Shown here: positions 44,748 to 54,867 of the stretch, piece after piece
Layout of the letters: each line of letters opens with the position of its first letter
How positions within the stretch are numbered: the stretch's first letter is position 1
NCBI GenBank assembly: GCA_018366035.1
Contig: JAGZIW010000006.1
Coordinates: 126,847-190,846, forward strand
DNA from: Butyricicoccus pullicaecorum
GTDB lineage: Bacteria > Bacillota > Clostridia > Oscillospirales > Butyricicoccaceae
Direction of reading: 5' to 3'
Length of the DNA: 64,000 bases
The notes under the pieces: generated by a model
Told to the model about the DNA's origin: nothing
What the model saw: the letters and a program-made list of their open reading frames with translations, nothing else
Databases searched by the model: none
Translations under genes and position numbers: made by a program

Positions 44748-47249
44748 ATGCCCATGAAAGGTCCCGGCAAGGAAATGCAGCGCCGTATGGTTGTTATGGC
44801 ATCGCTTGCCTGCTTAATCGGGTTTTCCGCAGTTGCTGCGCGCTTGGCTTGGATGCAAATCTATCAGTTTGAGTATTATAATACCAAAGCAAGCTCTCTG
44901 CAAACGAGAGATACGATTTTGCAGCCAAAGCGCGGCACAATTTATGACAGTAATATGACCGAGCTTGCGGTTTCCGCGAGCACAGAACGTGTGGAAATTT
45001 ATCCAAGCCAGTTCGTCAGCAAGGACAATATCAATTCCCAAAAAAAAGGACTCAATATACCGGTAGAGGAGCAGCAGGAACGGGTTGCAAGGCTGCTGTC
45101 TGATGTTTTGGGGGTGGATTACGAATCTGTACTGAAAAAAGCACAGGACACCAAGAAGGGCGGTCTAAGCGTTGCGTTTGGTGTGGAAAAAGAGGTTGCT
45201 GACCGCCTGCGTGAGGAAATTAAAAAAGCCAAAGATGCGTATGATGAGGATACAAAGCGTATTCGGGCAAATGACGGTGTGGGAAGCTATTCTGATGAAG
45301 CTTTTGTTTATGGCAGTCTGATTGGCTTTGTAGATGACTATCACCGTTATTATCCAATGGGGGCTTTTGCTTCTCAGGCAATTGGCTTTATGACAGAAAA
45401 TGAAAATCCGGTAGGACAGTGGGGAATCGAACGGCAGTATGAAGCCGAGCTTGCCGGATCTGCCGGACGCATTGTACGGGCGGCAAATTCCTCTGGCGGG
45501 CAGCTTCCGGTCGAGGCAGAGCAGTATGTTCCGGCGCAAGATGGAAATTCTGTGGTTCTTACTATTGACTCTACGATTCAGGAAACACTGGAAAAGCAGC
45601 TGGAGACTGCGCTTGCAGATAACCCGAAAGCACGCGGCGGCGTTTCCGGCATCGTCATGGATGTAAAAACAGGAGAACTGCTGGCACTTGCAGAGCTGCC
45701 GGACTTTGATCCCAATACACCGAATACCATTACAAATGAACAGCAGATCGCTTCGATGAAGGAGCAGCTGACCGAAAAATTGACCGAAAAAGAAATGGAT
45801 ACCACACAGCTGCCAGACGATGAGTGGTTCAAAAATGGTGGTTCCAAAAATTTGACACAGGAAATGCAGGACAATAAGGACTTGATTTCTATTTTGACGG
45901 AAATCCGCACCACATCTCTCAATGATATGTGGAAAATCAAGCCGGTTACAGACAAATATGAGCCGGGATCTGCGTTTAAGCTTGTGACAGTCGCTGCGGC
46001 GTATGAGGAACATGCAGTTGATGCAAACAGCACATTTTTCTGCAATGGTGCTTTGAAGGTGGATTCGGAGACGACTATTAAATGTCATAAGATTGCGGGT
46101 CATGGTCAGCAGACCTTGACAGAGGCTTTGGAAAATTCTTGTAACGTCGCGATGATGAATATTGCATTCCAGTTGGGTGCAGATAAATTTTATGAATATT
46201 TTGATGCATTCGGTTTGCTGGATCGCACTGAAATCGATCTTCCGGGCGAGCGCGATACCGTTTCCTCTGACATGCACAGTTTGGAAGCTTTGCGTAAAAC
46301 AAAGAGTACACTGGCGACTACATCTTTCGGTCAGCGCTTTAAGGTTTCCCCAATTCAGATGTTGTCTACGGTTTGTGCAATTGTAGATGATGGAAGACTC
46401 AAGAAACCACATATTGTAAAGGAAATATTGAATGCAGATGGTACAGTGAAGCAGGTGATAGAGCCTGAGATTAAACGTCAGGTTGTCTCAGCAGAGACTT
46501 CCGCATATATGCGTGAGGCAATGGAGAAGGTCGTTTCAGAAGGTACCGGACAGAACGCTTATGTTGCAGGATTCCGCATTGGCGGTAAGACCGCAACCTC
46601 GGAGCTGTCTTTGCCGGGCACACCACTTGACAAGCAGCGCTATACGGCATCTTTTGTCGGCGTTGCGCCTATGGACGATCCGCAAATTGCTGTCCTCATT
46701 ATTATTTCAGATTTGCCGTATTCGGCACCTCATGGCGGCGGTGCTATTGCAGCGCCGGTTGTTGGACGTGTGATGAATGAAGTGCTGCAATATTTGGGCA
46801 CAGAGCCAATTTATGATGAGAGCGAAACCGATCGGCGGGAGATGAGTACGCCGCGCGTCATTGGTATGACAAAAGAAGATGCAAAGGCGGCGGCAGAACG
46901 TGCAGAGCTGAAGTGTCGATTCTTAGGGGAGGGAGACACGGTAAGCGATCAGGTTCCGAGTGCCGGTCAGAAGATTCCCGTAGGCAGTGAGATGATTATT
47001 TATCTGGGTGACCGCACCAAGACGACTGAGCCGGTTACAGTACCACGTCTCATTGGACGCTCTCCAGAAGAAGTGGAGTCTATGCTGGAAAGTCGTAATC
47101 TGTATGTACGGCGTACAGGTGTAGCAAGCAATAAGTATAACTGGCAGACCAATGCCATTAAACAAAATCCAGCAGCCGGAAGTAAAGTATCTGTTGGTAC
47201 TGTGATTGAGGTCGAGTTCTCAAATACAGAGGGCGTAAGTGACCGCTAA
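44748..47249 (+). CDS. Class B penicillin-binding protein with two C-terminal PASTA domains (SpoVD/FtsI/PBP2B-like).
   Basis: RBS GGAGGA lies 8 nt before ATG(MPMKGPG). Transpeptidase motifs SxxK (GSAFK), SCN and KTA(T) are present. Two PASTA repeats sit at the C-terminus. Confidence 0.85.
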   Translation: MPMKGPGKEMQRRMVVMASLACLIGFSAVAARLAWMQIYQFEYYNTKASSLQTRDTILQPKRGTIYDSNMTELAVSASTERVEIYPSQFVSKDNINSQKKGLNIPVEEQQERVARLLSDVLGVDYESVLKKAQDTKKGGLSVAFGVEKEVADRLREEIKKAKDAYDEDTKRIRANDGVGSYSDEAFVYGSLIGFVDDYHRYYPMGAFASQAIGFMTENENPVGQWGIERQYEAELAGSAGRIVRAANSSGGQLPVEAEQYVPAQDGNSVVLTIDSTIQETLEKQLETALADNPKARGGVSGIVMDVKTGELLALAELPDFDPNTPNTITNEQQIASMKEQLTEKLTEKEMDTTQLPDDEWFKNGGSKNLTQEMQDNKDLISILTEIRTTSLNDMWKIKPVTDKYEPGSAFKLVTVAAAYEEHAVDANSTFFCNGALKVDSETTIKCHKIAGHGQQTLTEALENSCNVAMMNIAFQLGADKFYEYFDAFGLLDRTEIDLPGERDTVSSDMHSLEALRKTKSTLATTSFGQRFKVSPIQMLSTVCAIVDDGRLKKPHIVKEILNADGTVKQVIEPEIKRQVVSAETSAYMREAMEKVVSEGTGQNAYVAGFRIGGKTATSELSLPGTPLDKQRYTASFVGVAPMDDPQIAVLIIISDLPYSAPHGGGAIAAPVVGRVMNEVLQYLGTEPIYDESETDRREMSTPRVIGMTKEDAKAAAERAELKCRFLGEGDTVSDQVPSAGQKIPVGSEMIIYLGDRTKTTEPVTVPRLIGRSPEEVESMLESRNLYVRRTGVASNKYNWQTNAIKQNPAAGSKVSVGTVIEVEFSNTEGVSDR

Positions 47250-47273
47250 TGAAGAGAAGAGAGGCTGATCCGT

Positions 47274-48710
47274 ATGAAACTGCGTGATTTATTACAAGAT
47301 ATTCCCGTGCTCTCCAGTGCAGTGGATTTAGACACCGAGATTCGGGAGGTACGTTACGATTCCAGAGCCGTAGAGTCGGGTGATTTATTTGTCGCAATTC
47401 GGGGCTTTGCCGCCGATGGACATGAGTATATTGGAATGGCGCTCAAAAAAGGAGCTGCTGCTGTGGTATGTCAGGAGGCAGGCAAGGGGATTCCGGCAAT
47501 CATTGTTGCCGATACCCGCGCTGCATTGGCCGATATTGCAGGCAATCGGTTTGGACACCCATCTGAAAAGCTCAAGATGATCGGTGTTACGGGAACCAAT
47601 GGCAAAACAACTACAACAACACTCATCAAGCATATTTTGGAGTGTCAGGGCTTCAAGGTGGGACTCATCGGAACCAATCAGAATATGATTGGAGAGCAGG
47701 TGATCCCGACAGAACGCACCACACCAGAGTCTTATGAACTTCAAGCATTATTTGCACGCATGGCAGATGCAGGCTGCACACACTGTGTTATGGAAGTGTC
47801 TTCACACTCCTTGGTGCTCGACCGTGTGCGCGGGGTGCGTTTTGAAACCGGCGTGTTCACCAATCTTACGCAGGATCATTTGGATTTCCATAAGACTATG
47901 GAAGCCTATCGTGAGGCAAAGGCAAAATTGTTCGAACTGAGTAATCAGGGGGTCATCAATTTAGATGACCCAGCAGCAGAAAAAATGCTGGCAAGTGCAC
48001 ATTGCCCCTGCATGACCTTCTCGGCGCGAAAGGACGCTGCGGATTTGTCTGCCAAGAATATAGTATTGGGTGCTTCTGGCGTGGAATTTGTAGCAGCAGA
48101 AAAGGGCGGGATCGCACGGGTTTCTTTGGGGATTCCGGGACTTTTCTCTGTGGAAAATGCGCTGGCAGCCATGGGTGCCTGTCTTACGCTGGGCATTTCG
48201 ATTGAGGCTTGTGCGCATGCACTGGAAAGCGCACAGGGTGTTGCAGGGCGTGCGGAGGTCGTGCCAACAGATACAGATTATACTGTGCTCATTGACTATG
48301 CACATGCGCCGGACGGTGTATCCAATATCCTGCGCACAGTGCGCGGGTTTGCACAGGGACGTGTGATTGCGCTCTTTGGCTGCGGCGGAGACCGTGATAA
48401 AACCAAGCGACCCATTATGGGAAGGATTGCGGCAGAGCTTGCAGATTACTGTATAGTGACCTCGGATAATCCGCGTACCGAGCAGCCGCAGGCGATTATT
48501 GATGATATTCTGACAGGTATGCAGGACGCCAAGGTTCCGGTAGATGTGATTTGTGACCGTGTGCAGGCGATCCACCATGCATTGGCGCTTGCAAAGACGG
48601 GTGATGTTGTGGTTCTCATGGGCAAGGGGCACGAAACCTATCAGGAAATTGACCATGTCAAGCATCACATGGACGAACGGGAAATTATTGCAGATTATTT
48701 TAAGAAGTAA
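47274..48710 (+). CDS. murE: UDP-N-acetylmuramoyl-L-alanyl-D-glutamate–2,6-diaminopimelate ligase.
   Basis: Mur ligase P-loop GVTGTNGKTTTT. It sits at the murE position in the dcw cluster. Confidence 0.9.
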   Translation: MKLRDLLQDIPVLSSAVDLDTEIREVRYDSRAVESGDLFVAIRGFAADGHEYIGMALKKGAAAVVCQEAGKGIPAIIVADTRAALADIAGNRFGHPSEKLKMIGVTGTNGKTTTTTLIKHILECQGFKVGLIGTNQNMIGEQVIPTERTTPESYELQALFARMADAGCTHCVMEVSSHSLVLDRVRGVRFETGVFTNLTQDHLDFHKTMEAYREAKAKLFELSNQGVINLDDPAAEKMLASAHCPCMTFSARKDAADLSAKNIVLGASGVEFVAAEKGGIARVSLGIPGLFSVENALAAMGACLTLGISIEACAHALESAQGVAGRAEVVPTDTDYTVLIDYAHAPDGVSNILRTVRGFAQGRVIALFGCGGDRDKTKRPIMGRIAAELADYCIVTSDNPRTEQPQAIIDDILTGMQDAKVPVDVICDRVQAIHHALALAKTGDVVVLMGKGHETYQEIDHVKHHMDEREIIADYFKK

Positions 48711-48777
48711 CAGCGGTACCACAGACCTGTAAAGGCTGTAAGCTTGCTGGAAAACAGAGATAGAAGGGGAGTCATTT

Positions 48778-50145
48778 ATGGAGCCATTTACCCTCTCTCA
48801 GGCAGCTGCATGGACGGAAGGCACCTGCACGGCAGATGTGACAATTACAAAGGTTGTACGAGATGCACGTGAGGCGCAGTCGGGAAGTTTATTTGTCGCA
48901 ATTCAGGGAGAACGATTTGACGGACATGATTTTATAGGGCAGGCGGTGGAGCGCGGTGCGGCAGCAGTACTCACCCACCGAAAAGAGGAAACCTATCCAA
49001 TACCAGCGCTCTATGTACAGGATACTCGGCAGGCACTGCTGGATTTGGCAGGTGGATACCGCATGCAGTTTGACTGTCCGGTGGTTGCTGTTACAGGTTC
49101 TGTTGGCAAGACGACGACCAAAGAGATGATTGCATCGGTGTTGTCTGAGCGGTATCAGACCTTGAAAACGCAGGGGAATCTCAATAATACCATTGGCATG
49201 CCCTTTACAGCCTTGGAACTTACACAAGAGACCGAAGCGGCTGTGTTTGAGATGGGCATGTCCGGATTTGGAGAAATCGCAGCCATGGCAGCCTGTGGGC
49301 AGCCGAATTTGGCAGTTATTACAATGATTGGTACCTCTCATATTGAATTTCTCGGCTCGAGAGAAGGAATTTGCCGCGCAAAGATGGAAATTCTGGAAGG
49401 GCTTGCAGCCCGTGGCGGCATTGCGATCCTAAATGGCGATGAGCCGCTTCTGTGGGAGCAGCGTGACCAGCTGTTTGGCAGAGTGGTGTGGTTTGGTGTA
49501 CAAAACCCAGAGTGTATGTTCCGTGCACAGGAGATTTCCTGTAAAGATGGCATATTGCAGTTTACGATGATTATGCCGGAGGGGAGTCAGAAGGTTTCTG
49601 TAACCTCACAGGGCACACATAACGTGACAAATGCACTGGCAGCAGCGGCCTGCGGTTGGCTTCTGGGGTTGGACGGTGCAGAAATTGCAGCCGGTCTTTC
49701 CGCATATCGTCCGGTTGGAATGCGCGAAAAGTGCTATGAAAGAAATGGGTTCATCATCTATGAGGACTGCTATAATGCAAGTCCGGATTCGATGGAGGCA
49801 GCGCTTCGGGCAATGTCGGAGATGGAAAGCTCGCGTCATATCGCTGTACTGGGGGGTATGGGAGAGCTTGGAGATTATGCGGAAGAGGGACATCGCCGCG
49901 CGGGCCGCGCAGCAGCAGCGTATGCGGATATTCTCTTGACCTATGGTGAAAATACAGAATACCTGCGTGAAGGGGCACGGGAGGCAGGCATGGACGAAGC
50001 CAATATTTGGGGATTTGACAGCCACAAGACGCTTGCTGCGGCCCTCCAAACCCTTGCACAGTCAGGCGATGTTCTGCTGTTTAAGGGCAGTCGCTCTATG
50101 CAGATGGAGAATGCTTTGAAATTGTTCCTTGGGGAGGAAGTTTAA
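48778..50145 (+). CDS. murF: UDP-N-acetylmuramoyl-tripeptide–D-alanyl-D-alanine ligase.
   Basis: P-loop VTGSVGKTTTKEM and the Mur ligase C-terminal domain. Confidence 0.9.
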   Translation: MEPFTLSQAAAWTEGTCTADVTITKVVRDAREAQSGSLFVAIQGERFDGHDFIGQAVERGAAAVLTHRKEETYPIPALYVQDTRQALLDLAGGYRMQFDCPVVAVTGSVGKTTTKEMIASVLSERYQTLKTQGNLNNTIGMPFTALELTQETEAAVFEMGMSGFGEIAAMAACGQPNLAVITMIGTSHIEFLGSREGICRAKMEILEGLAARGGIAILNGDEPLLWEQRDQLFGRVVWFGVQNPECMFRAQEISCKDGILQFTMIMPEGSQKVSVTSQGTHNVTNALAAAACGWLLGLDGAEIAAGLSAYRPVGMREKCYERNGFIIYEDCYNASPDSMEAALRAMSEMESSRHIAVLGGMGELGDYAEEGHRRAGRAAAAYADILLTYGENTEYLREGAREAGMDEANIWGFDSHKTLAAALQTLAQSGDVLLFKGSRSMQMENALKLFLGEEV

Positions 50146-50147
50146 TT

Positions 50148-51149
50148 ATGAAAACCATTCTGATTGCAGCAGTGATTGCCTTTGCTGTAACTGTTGTCAT
50201 CGGCAAGCCCATTATACGGTGGCTGCAAAAACAGAAATTTGGACAAAAGATTCTCGAAATTGGTCCAAAGTGGCATATGAATAAGCAGTATACCCCGACA
50301 ATGGGCGGATTTATGTTTATGATTGGCATTTCAGCCGCGGTGGGCATCACCGGACTGCTCTTAGGTGTATTTTCGTCTGGCGGTGCAGCAATTGGCAGTT
50401 TTTTTTCGGTATGGCTTTTGGCAGTTGCCTATGGCTGCGTTGGCTTTGTAGATGATTGGGCGAAAATCAAGAAGAAGGAAAATGCAGGACTGACCCCAAA
50501 ACAGAAATTGATTTTACAAATTGTGGTTGCGGCGGTATTTGTATCCCTCCTGCACCTGTCAGGAGATCTGCCAATGGTCGAAGGTGGGGGAATCCTGCTG
50601 CCAATTCCGGGCACCAGCATTTCGCTGACGCTGCCATGGGTAGTCTATCTTATTTTTGCAATTTTTACCATCGTGGCAGAAAATAATGCAGTGAATTTGA
50701 CCGACGGTATTGATGGGCTTGCAGCGAGTGTGACCTTGCCGGTTGCCGTATTTTTCATGGCACTCAATTACGGGCATAATCTCGGGGCAACTGTCTTTGC
50801 AGCAGCTCTTGTCGGTGCCCTCTGTGCGTTTTTGATTTATAATTTTAACCCAGCTAAGGTGTTTATGGGAGATACCGGTTCGCTGTTCTTAGGCGGTGCC
50901 GTTGCAGGGCTTGCGTTTGCAGCAGGTCAGCCGCTTATTTTGCTGCCGGTTGGATTGATTTATCTCGTCGAGACGATTTCTGTTGTTTTGCAGGTTGGCT
51001 ATTTTAAGTTGAGCCATGGCAAACGTTTGTTTAAGATGGCGCCTATTCACCACCATTTTGAAATGTGCGGTTGGGGAGAAAAGAAAATCGTGTTTGTATT
51101 TGCGGGAATCACAGTGATTATGTGTGCATTGTCTTGGGTGTTACTCTAA
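50148..51149 (+). CDS. mraY: Phospho-N-acetylmuramoyl-pentapeptide transferase.
   Basis: A 10-TM protein with conserved motifs (NAVNLTDGIDGLA, HHHFE). Confidence 0.92.
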   Translation: MKTILIAAVIAFAVTVVIGKPIIRWLQKQKFGQKILEIGPKWHMNKQYTPTMGGFMFMIGISAAVGITGLLLGVFSSGGAAIGSFFSVWLLAVAYGCVGFVDDWAKIKKKENAGLTPKQKLILQIVVAAVFVSLLHLSGDLPMVEGGGILLPIPGTSISLTLPWVVYLIFAIFTIVAENNAVNLTDGIDGLAASVTLPVAVFFMALNYGHNLGATVFAAALVGALCAFLIYNFNPAKVFMGDTGSLFLGGAVAGLAFAAGQPLILLPVGLIYLVETISVVLQVGYFKLSHGKRLFKMAPIHHHFEMCGWGEKKIVFVFAGITVIMCALSWVLL

Positions 51150-51183
51150 TGGACTGCTGTGTGCCCGCCGGAAAGGAGTCCGC

Positions 51184-52356
51184 ATGAATATCACAACACC
51201 CCAGAACAAACGGGCTAAACAGCAGCCACAGCATATTGCGCCACGCACACAACGGCTAGACGGCAGTACCCTGCTTGGGATTGTGCTGCTGTTGGCTGTT
51301 GGACTCATTGCGCTGTTTTCCGCAAGCTATCCCACAGCAATCAGTAAATTTGATAATGGTATGTATTTTATCACAAGGCAGGGGCTTTATGCCGTTTTGG
51401 GTTTTGTCGGTATGCTTGTGGTGTCTAGCGTGGATTATCATGTTTATCTGCGTTTCCAAAAGCCGTTTTTTCTATTTTGTCTTGGCTTATTGATCCTTGT
51501 CCCTTTTATTGGTGTAGAGCATAATGGCGCTCAGCGCTGGATCAATCTGCCGATTTTGGGTGAATTCCAGCCATCTGAGCTGATGAAGCTTTCGGTTATC
51601 ATTTCGTTTTCATACTATACTGTCAAGATGGGAGATAAGGTACGGGAGCTTCGGGGAAATTTACCATTTTTTGGCGCACTGGTAGTTATTGCAGGGCTTT
51701 TGTATATGGAGCCGCATTTATCAGCAACCATTATTATCTTTGGTATTGGGCTTGCTATTTTGATTGTAGCAGGCATGAAGGTTTGGTATTTTATTCCGCT
51801 GGGTGTAGTTCTCGGTGCAGCCGGCACATGGTATATTACAACACAGGGCTATGCAAATGCCCGTATTCAATCTTGGCTTGACCCGTTTGCAACTGCTGAA
51901 ATTTTTCGGCATGATGGCTGGCAGGGCGGCAACAGCCAGATTGCAATTGGCTCCGGCGGTCTTTGGGGTCGTGGACTGGGGCAGGGACTGCAAAAGCATC
52001 TGTACTTACCAGAACCGCAGAATGATTTTATTTTTTCTGCGTGGTGTGAGGAAATGGGATTTATTGGGGCAATCATTGTTATCCTTCTGTTTGCCTTTTT
52101 GATCTACCGCTGTTATTATGTTGCCTTTCATGCACCGGATAAAATGGGCTGCCTGATTGCAACAGGAATCGCAACCAAGCTGGCGATTCAGACATTAGTA
52201 AACCTTTGGGTTGTCACAGGATTGTTTCCTGTTACAGGTGCATCTTTGCCGTTCTTTAGCTATGGAGGCACGGCACTCATCATGCAGATGGGCGAAATGG
52301 GTATCCTTTTGAATATTTCACGCAATATGCTGCCCAGCGAAAAACGCCGGGGCTAG
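51184..52356 (+). CDS. ftsW: FtsW/RodA/SpoVE-family peptidoglycan glycosyltransferase (SEDS).
   Basis: RBS GAAAGGAG. A polytopic membrane protein with SEDS motifs (…LPEPQNDFIFS…, …PFFSYGGTA…). Confidence 0.85.
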   Translation: MNITTPQNKRAKQQPQHIAPRTQRLDGSTLLGIVLLLAVGLIALFSASYPTAISKFDNGMYFITRQGLYAVLGFVGMLVVSSVDYHVYLRFQKPFFLFCLGLLILVPFIGVEHNGAQRWINLPILGEFQPSELMKLSVIISFSYYTVKMGDKVRELRGNLPFFGALVVIAGLLYMEPHLSATIIIFGIGLAILIVAGMKVWYFIPLGVVLGAAGTWYITTQGYANARIQSWLDPFATAEIFRHDGWQGGNSQIAIGSGGLWGRGLGQGLQKHLYLPEPQNDFIFSAWCEEMGFIGAIIVILLFAFLIYRCYYVAFHAPDKMGCLIATGIATKLAIQTLVNLWVVTGLFPVTGASLPFFSYGGTALIMQMGEMGILLNISRNMLPSEKRRG

Positions 52357-52367
52357 GGAGAGTATTT

Positions 52368-53492
52368 ATGAAGCTGTATATTACTGGCGGCGGCACAGGT
52401 GGTCATGTGACGCCGGGGCTTGCCATTGCACGATATTTTGAAAGCAAACGTTCGGATATGGAGGTGCGTTTTGCGGGCACCAGCCGCGGGATCGAGTCAC
52501 GGCTTGTACCGCGTGAGGGATACCCGCTCGATACGATAGAAATTGTGGGTCTGCGCCGTGCACTCAGTCCGGCTGCAATTGGGCACAATCTCAATGCACT
52601 GCGGCTGGCAGCAGCTTCAATTGGTACTGCGAAAAAGCTGCTGCGGCAGGCGAAGCCAGATGTTGTTATCGGCTGCGGCGGCTACGCTTCCTTTCCCATC
52701 GTGTCCGCCGCCCAAAAGCTTGGTATTCCGACTGTATTGCTGGAGGTCAATGCGTATCCCGGCATTACCACCAAGATGCTGGCAAAAAAAGCGGATAAGG
52801 TGCTCATTTGCTTTGAGGAGGCACGGGAACTGGTTGGCGGAGGCGATAAGGTCGTTTTGACCGGCTCTCCTGTGCGCGGTGAAATTGTGTTTGCAGATCG
52901 GGAGAAGGCACGCGAGAAGCTGAGACTTCGTCCAGAGGATAGGTTTGTTGTGTCTTTTTGGGGTTCTATGGGCGCAAAGTATATGAACGAGCACATGGCA
53001 GGTATGCTCGCGCTGGAAACCAAAAAGGGAACCACGTTTCATCATATCCATGCAACTGGTTCGGCAGCATTTCAGTGGCTGCCAAAGATGGCGAGAGAGC
53101 AAGGTGCCATTTTAGAAGGTGGTATGGTCGAGGTTACAGAATATATCTATGATATGGCATCTTATATGGCGGCAGCAGATTTGGTGATCTGCCGTGCAGG
53201 GGCAGCGACCATTGGAGAGTTGTGTGCGCTGGGACGTGCTTCGATTATGGTGCCATCTCCGTATGTCGCAGAAAATCATCAGGAGAAGAATGCACGGGCT
53301 TTGGAGCATGCAGGGGCATGTGAGGTGCTATTGGAGCAGGAGGCGACACCGGAAAAGCTGCTTGGCATGACAGAACGGCTGCTGGCAGACGACAGAAAAC
53401 GGGAAGCTATGGGAAAGGCAGCAGCAAAACTGGCACAGCTGGACGCAGGAGAAAAAATTTATCAAGAGATTTTAACCGTTCTGCCCCAGTGA
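52368..53492 (+). CDS. murG: UDP-N-acetylglucosamine–N-acetylmuramyl-(pentapeptide) pyrophosphoryl-undecaprenol N-acetylglucosamine transferase.
   Basis: N-terminal GGTGGHV and a C-terminal GT28 domain. Confidence 0.92.
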   Translation: MKLYITGGGTGGHVTPGLAIARYFESKRSDMEVRFAGTSRGIESRLVPREGYPLDTIEIVGLRRALSPAAIGHNLNALRLAAASIGTAKKLLRQAKPDVVIGCGGYASFPIVSAAQKLGIPTVLLEVNAYPGITTKMLAKKADKVLICFEEARELVGGGDKVVLTGSPVRGEIVFADREKAREKLRLRPEDRFVVSFWGSMGAKYMNEHMAGMLALETKKGTTFHHIHATGSAAFQWLPKMAREQGAILEGGMVEVTEYIYDMASYMAAADLVICRAGAATIGELCALGRASIMVPSPYVAENHQEKNARALEHAGACEVLLEQEATPEKLLGMTERLLADDRKREAMGKAAAKLAQLDAGEKIYQEILTVLPQ

Positions 53493-53515
53493 TTCGGAAA
53501 CAGTGAGGTTTGAAT

Positions 53516-54670
53516 ATGGCAAAACGGAAAGTGCATACAGATTCCGGTCGGTCCGCGCGTCAGGCGCGGACCGGTCTGGATCGTTTTGCTGCCCCAGAAG
53601 AAGGAAACAATGTTTCTCCGCAGAAACCCTCTGTGCAGCGCCCAAAGGATACAAGTGGACAAAGAGCCAGACAGGCACAAGCAGAACAGCGCCGCAGGGC
53701 GGGTTCTCCTTCACAAGGTCGGACAACAAAAATGACGCCGCACCAGCAGCCACATAACAGCCGCAGGCCAATGGCACCCGGACGGACAGAGCGGGAACGC
53801 TCGCTGCACCTGCGCAAAATTATAAAGCGCAAGGAAAGACGTGCCCGAATGTATAAATTTATGGCAGTCCTTCTAAGTTTCGTATGCGGGATTTTCGCAC
53901 TTACGACCTTCTTTCAGGTGGAATCGATTGAAATAGAAGGATTGTCACGCTATACCACCGATGAGGTTCGGCAGGTTTTGGGGATACAGCAGGGAGACAA
54001 TCTCTTTTTTTGTGACAGAAAAGGTGCAGAGAAACGTTTACAGACGCAGTATCCATATTTTGAAAGTGTTTGGATTGAACGGGATATGCCGAATCAGCTC
54101 ATCGTGCATATCAAAGAGGCAAAGCCTATTGCAGCAGTCAATGGAATACAGGGCGGCTGGTTTGTGCTGGATAAAAACTGTCGGGTGCTGGAGCGAACCG
54201 ACCAGAGCGGAGCAAATGGAATTGCACAGGTTATGGGAATCCGCACAAGCGGCGCAGAAGCGGGACAAACTTTGACAGCGGATAATGTACAGGCTGTGGA
54301 GGACTTGAAAATACTCGCAAATGCACTGGATACTGCCGGACTTGCTGGAAAAGCAACGCTGTATAATTTGCAGGATCCCAATAATATTTGGTTTTTATAT
54401 GAGGAGCGGTTTGCGGTCTGCGTCGGGGATACCAGTGAACTGCCGCGTAAGCTCGCAATTCTCGATGCCCTCATTCAAGGTGACCAATTTACTCCGTCAG
54501 ATCGCGGCTCCATCAATCTTGCATTGGGGGACCGCGCTATCACAAATACCAATTTATCTGCCGTAGATGTGCTCAAGACCGTGCGCGGACAGATGGATAT
54601 TGAACGGATTCACAATCAAACTGTACAGGAGCAGGAGGATTCTGCGGATATGGAAGAATCTGGAGAATAA
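53516..54670 (+). CDS. divIB: Cell-division protein DivIB/FtsQ-like with a long basic N-terminal tail.
   Basis: One TM helix (FMAVLLSFVCGIFALTTFF), followed by POTRA and FtsQ beta-domains. About 110 N-terminal residues are R/K/Q-rich and disordered. Confidence 0.7.
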   Translation: MAKRKVHTDSGRSARQARTGLDRFAAPEEGNNVSPQKPSVQRPKDTSGQRARQAQAEQRRRAGSPSQGRTTKMTPHQQPHNSRRPMAPGRTERERSLHLRKIIKRKERRARMYKFMAVLLSFVCGIFALTTFFQVESIEIEGLSRYTTDEVRQVLGIQQGDNLFFCDRKGAEKRLQTQYPYFESVWIERDMPNQLIVHIKEAKPIAAVNGIQGGWFVLDKNCRVLERTDQSGANGIAQVMGIRTSGAEAGQTLTADNVQAVEDLKILANALDTAGLAGKATLYNLQDPNNIWFLYEERFAVCVGDTSELPRKLAILDALIQGDQFTPSDRGSINLALGDRAITNTNLSAVDVLKTVRGQMDIERIHNQTVQEQEDSADMEESGE

Positions 54671-54727
54671 TGTCTGATACTGTCGTGTGGAAAAGTAAGT
54701 TTTTTTCACAAAGTGAGCGGTAACATC

Positions 54728-54756
54728 TTGCCAAATGGCCAGAAAAGCGGTAAAAT
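54728..54756 (+). promoter_or_regulatory. Predicted ftsZ promoter.
   Basis: TTGCCA -17 nt- TAAAAT, about 110 nt upstream of the ftsZ ATG. Confidence 0.5.
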
Positions 54757-54867
54757 GAAAAGAAATGGGGGCAGTGCGCTTCTTTTTAAGAAACTGTGCA
54801 ATCGATTCAGATTTCAAGATATGGAATTAAGGAAAATTTTTCGAATACACATACGGAGGACGGCAAA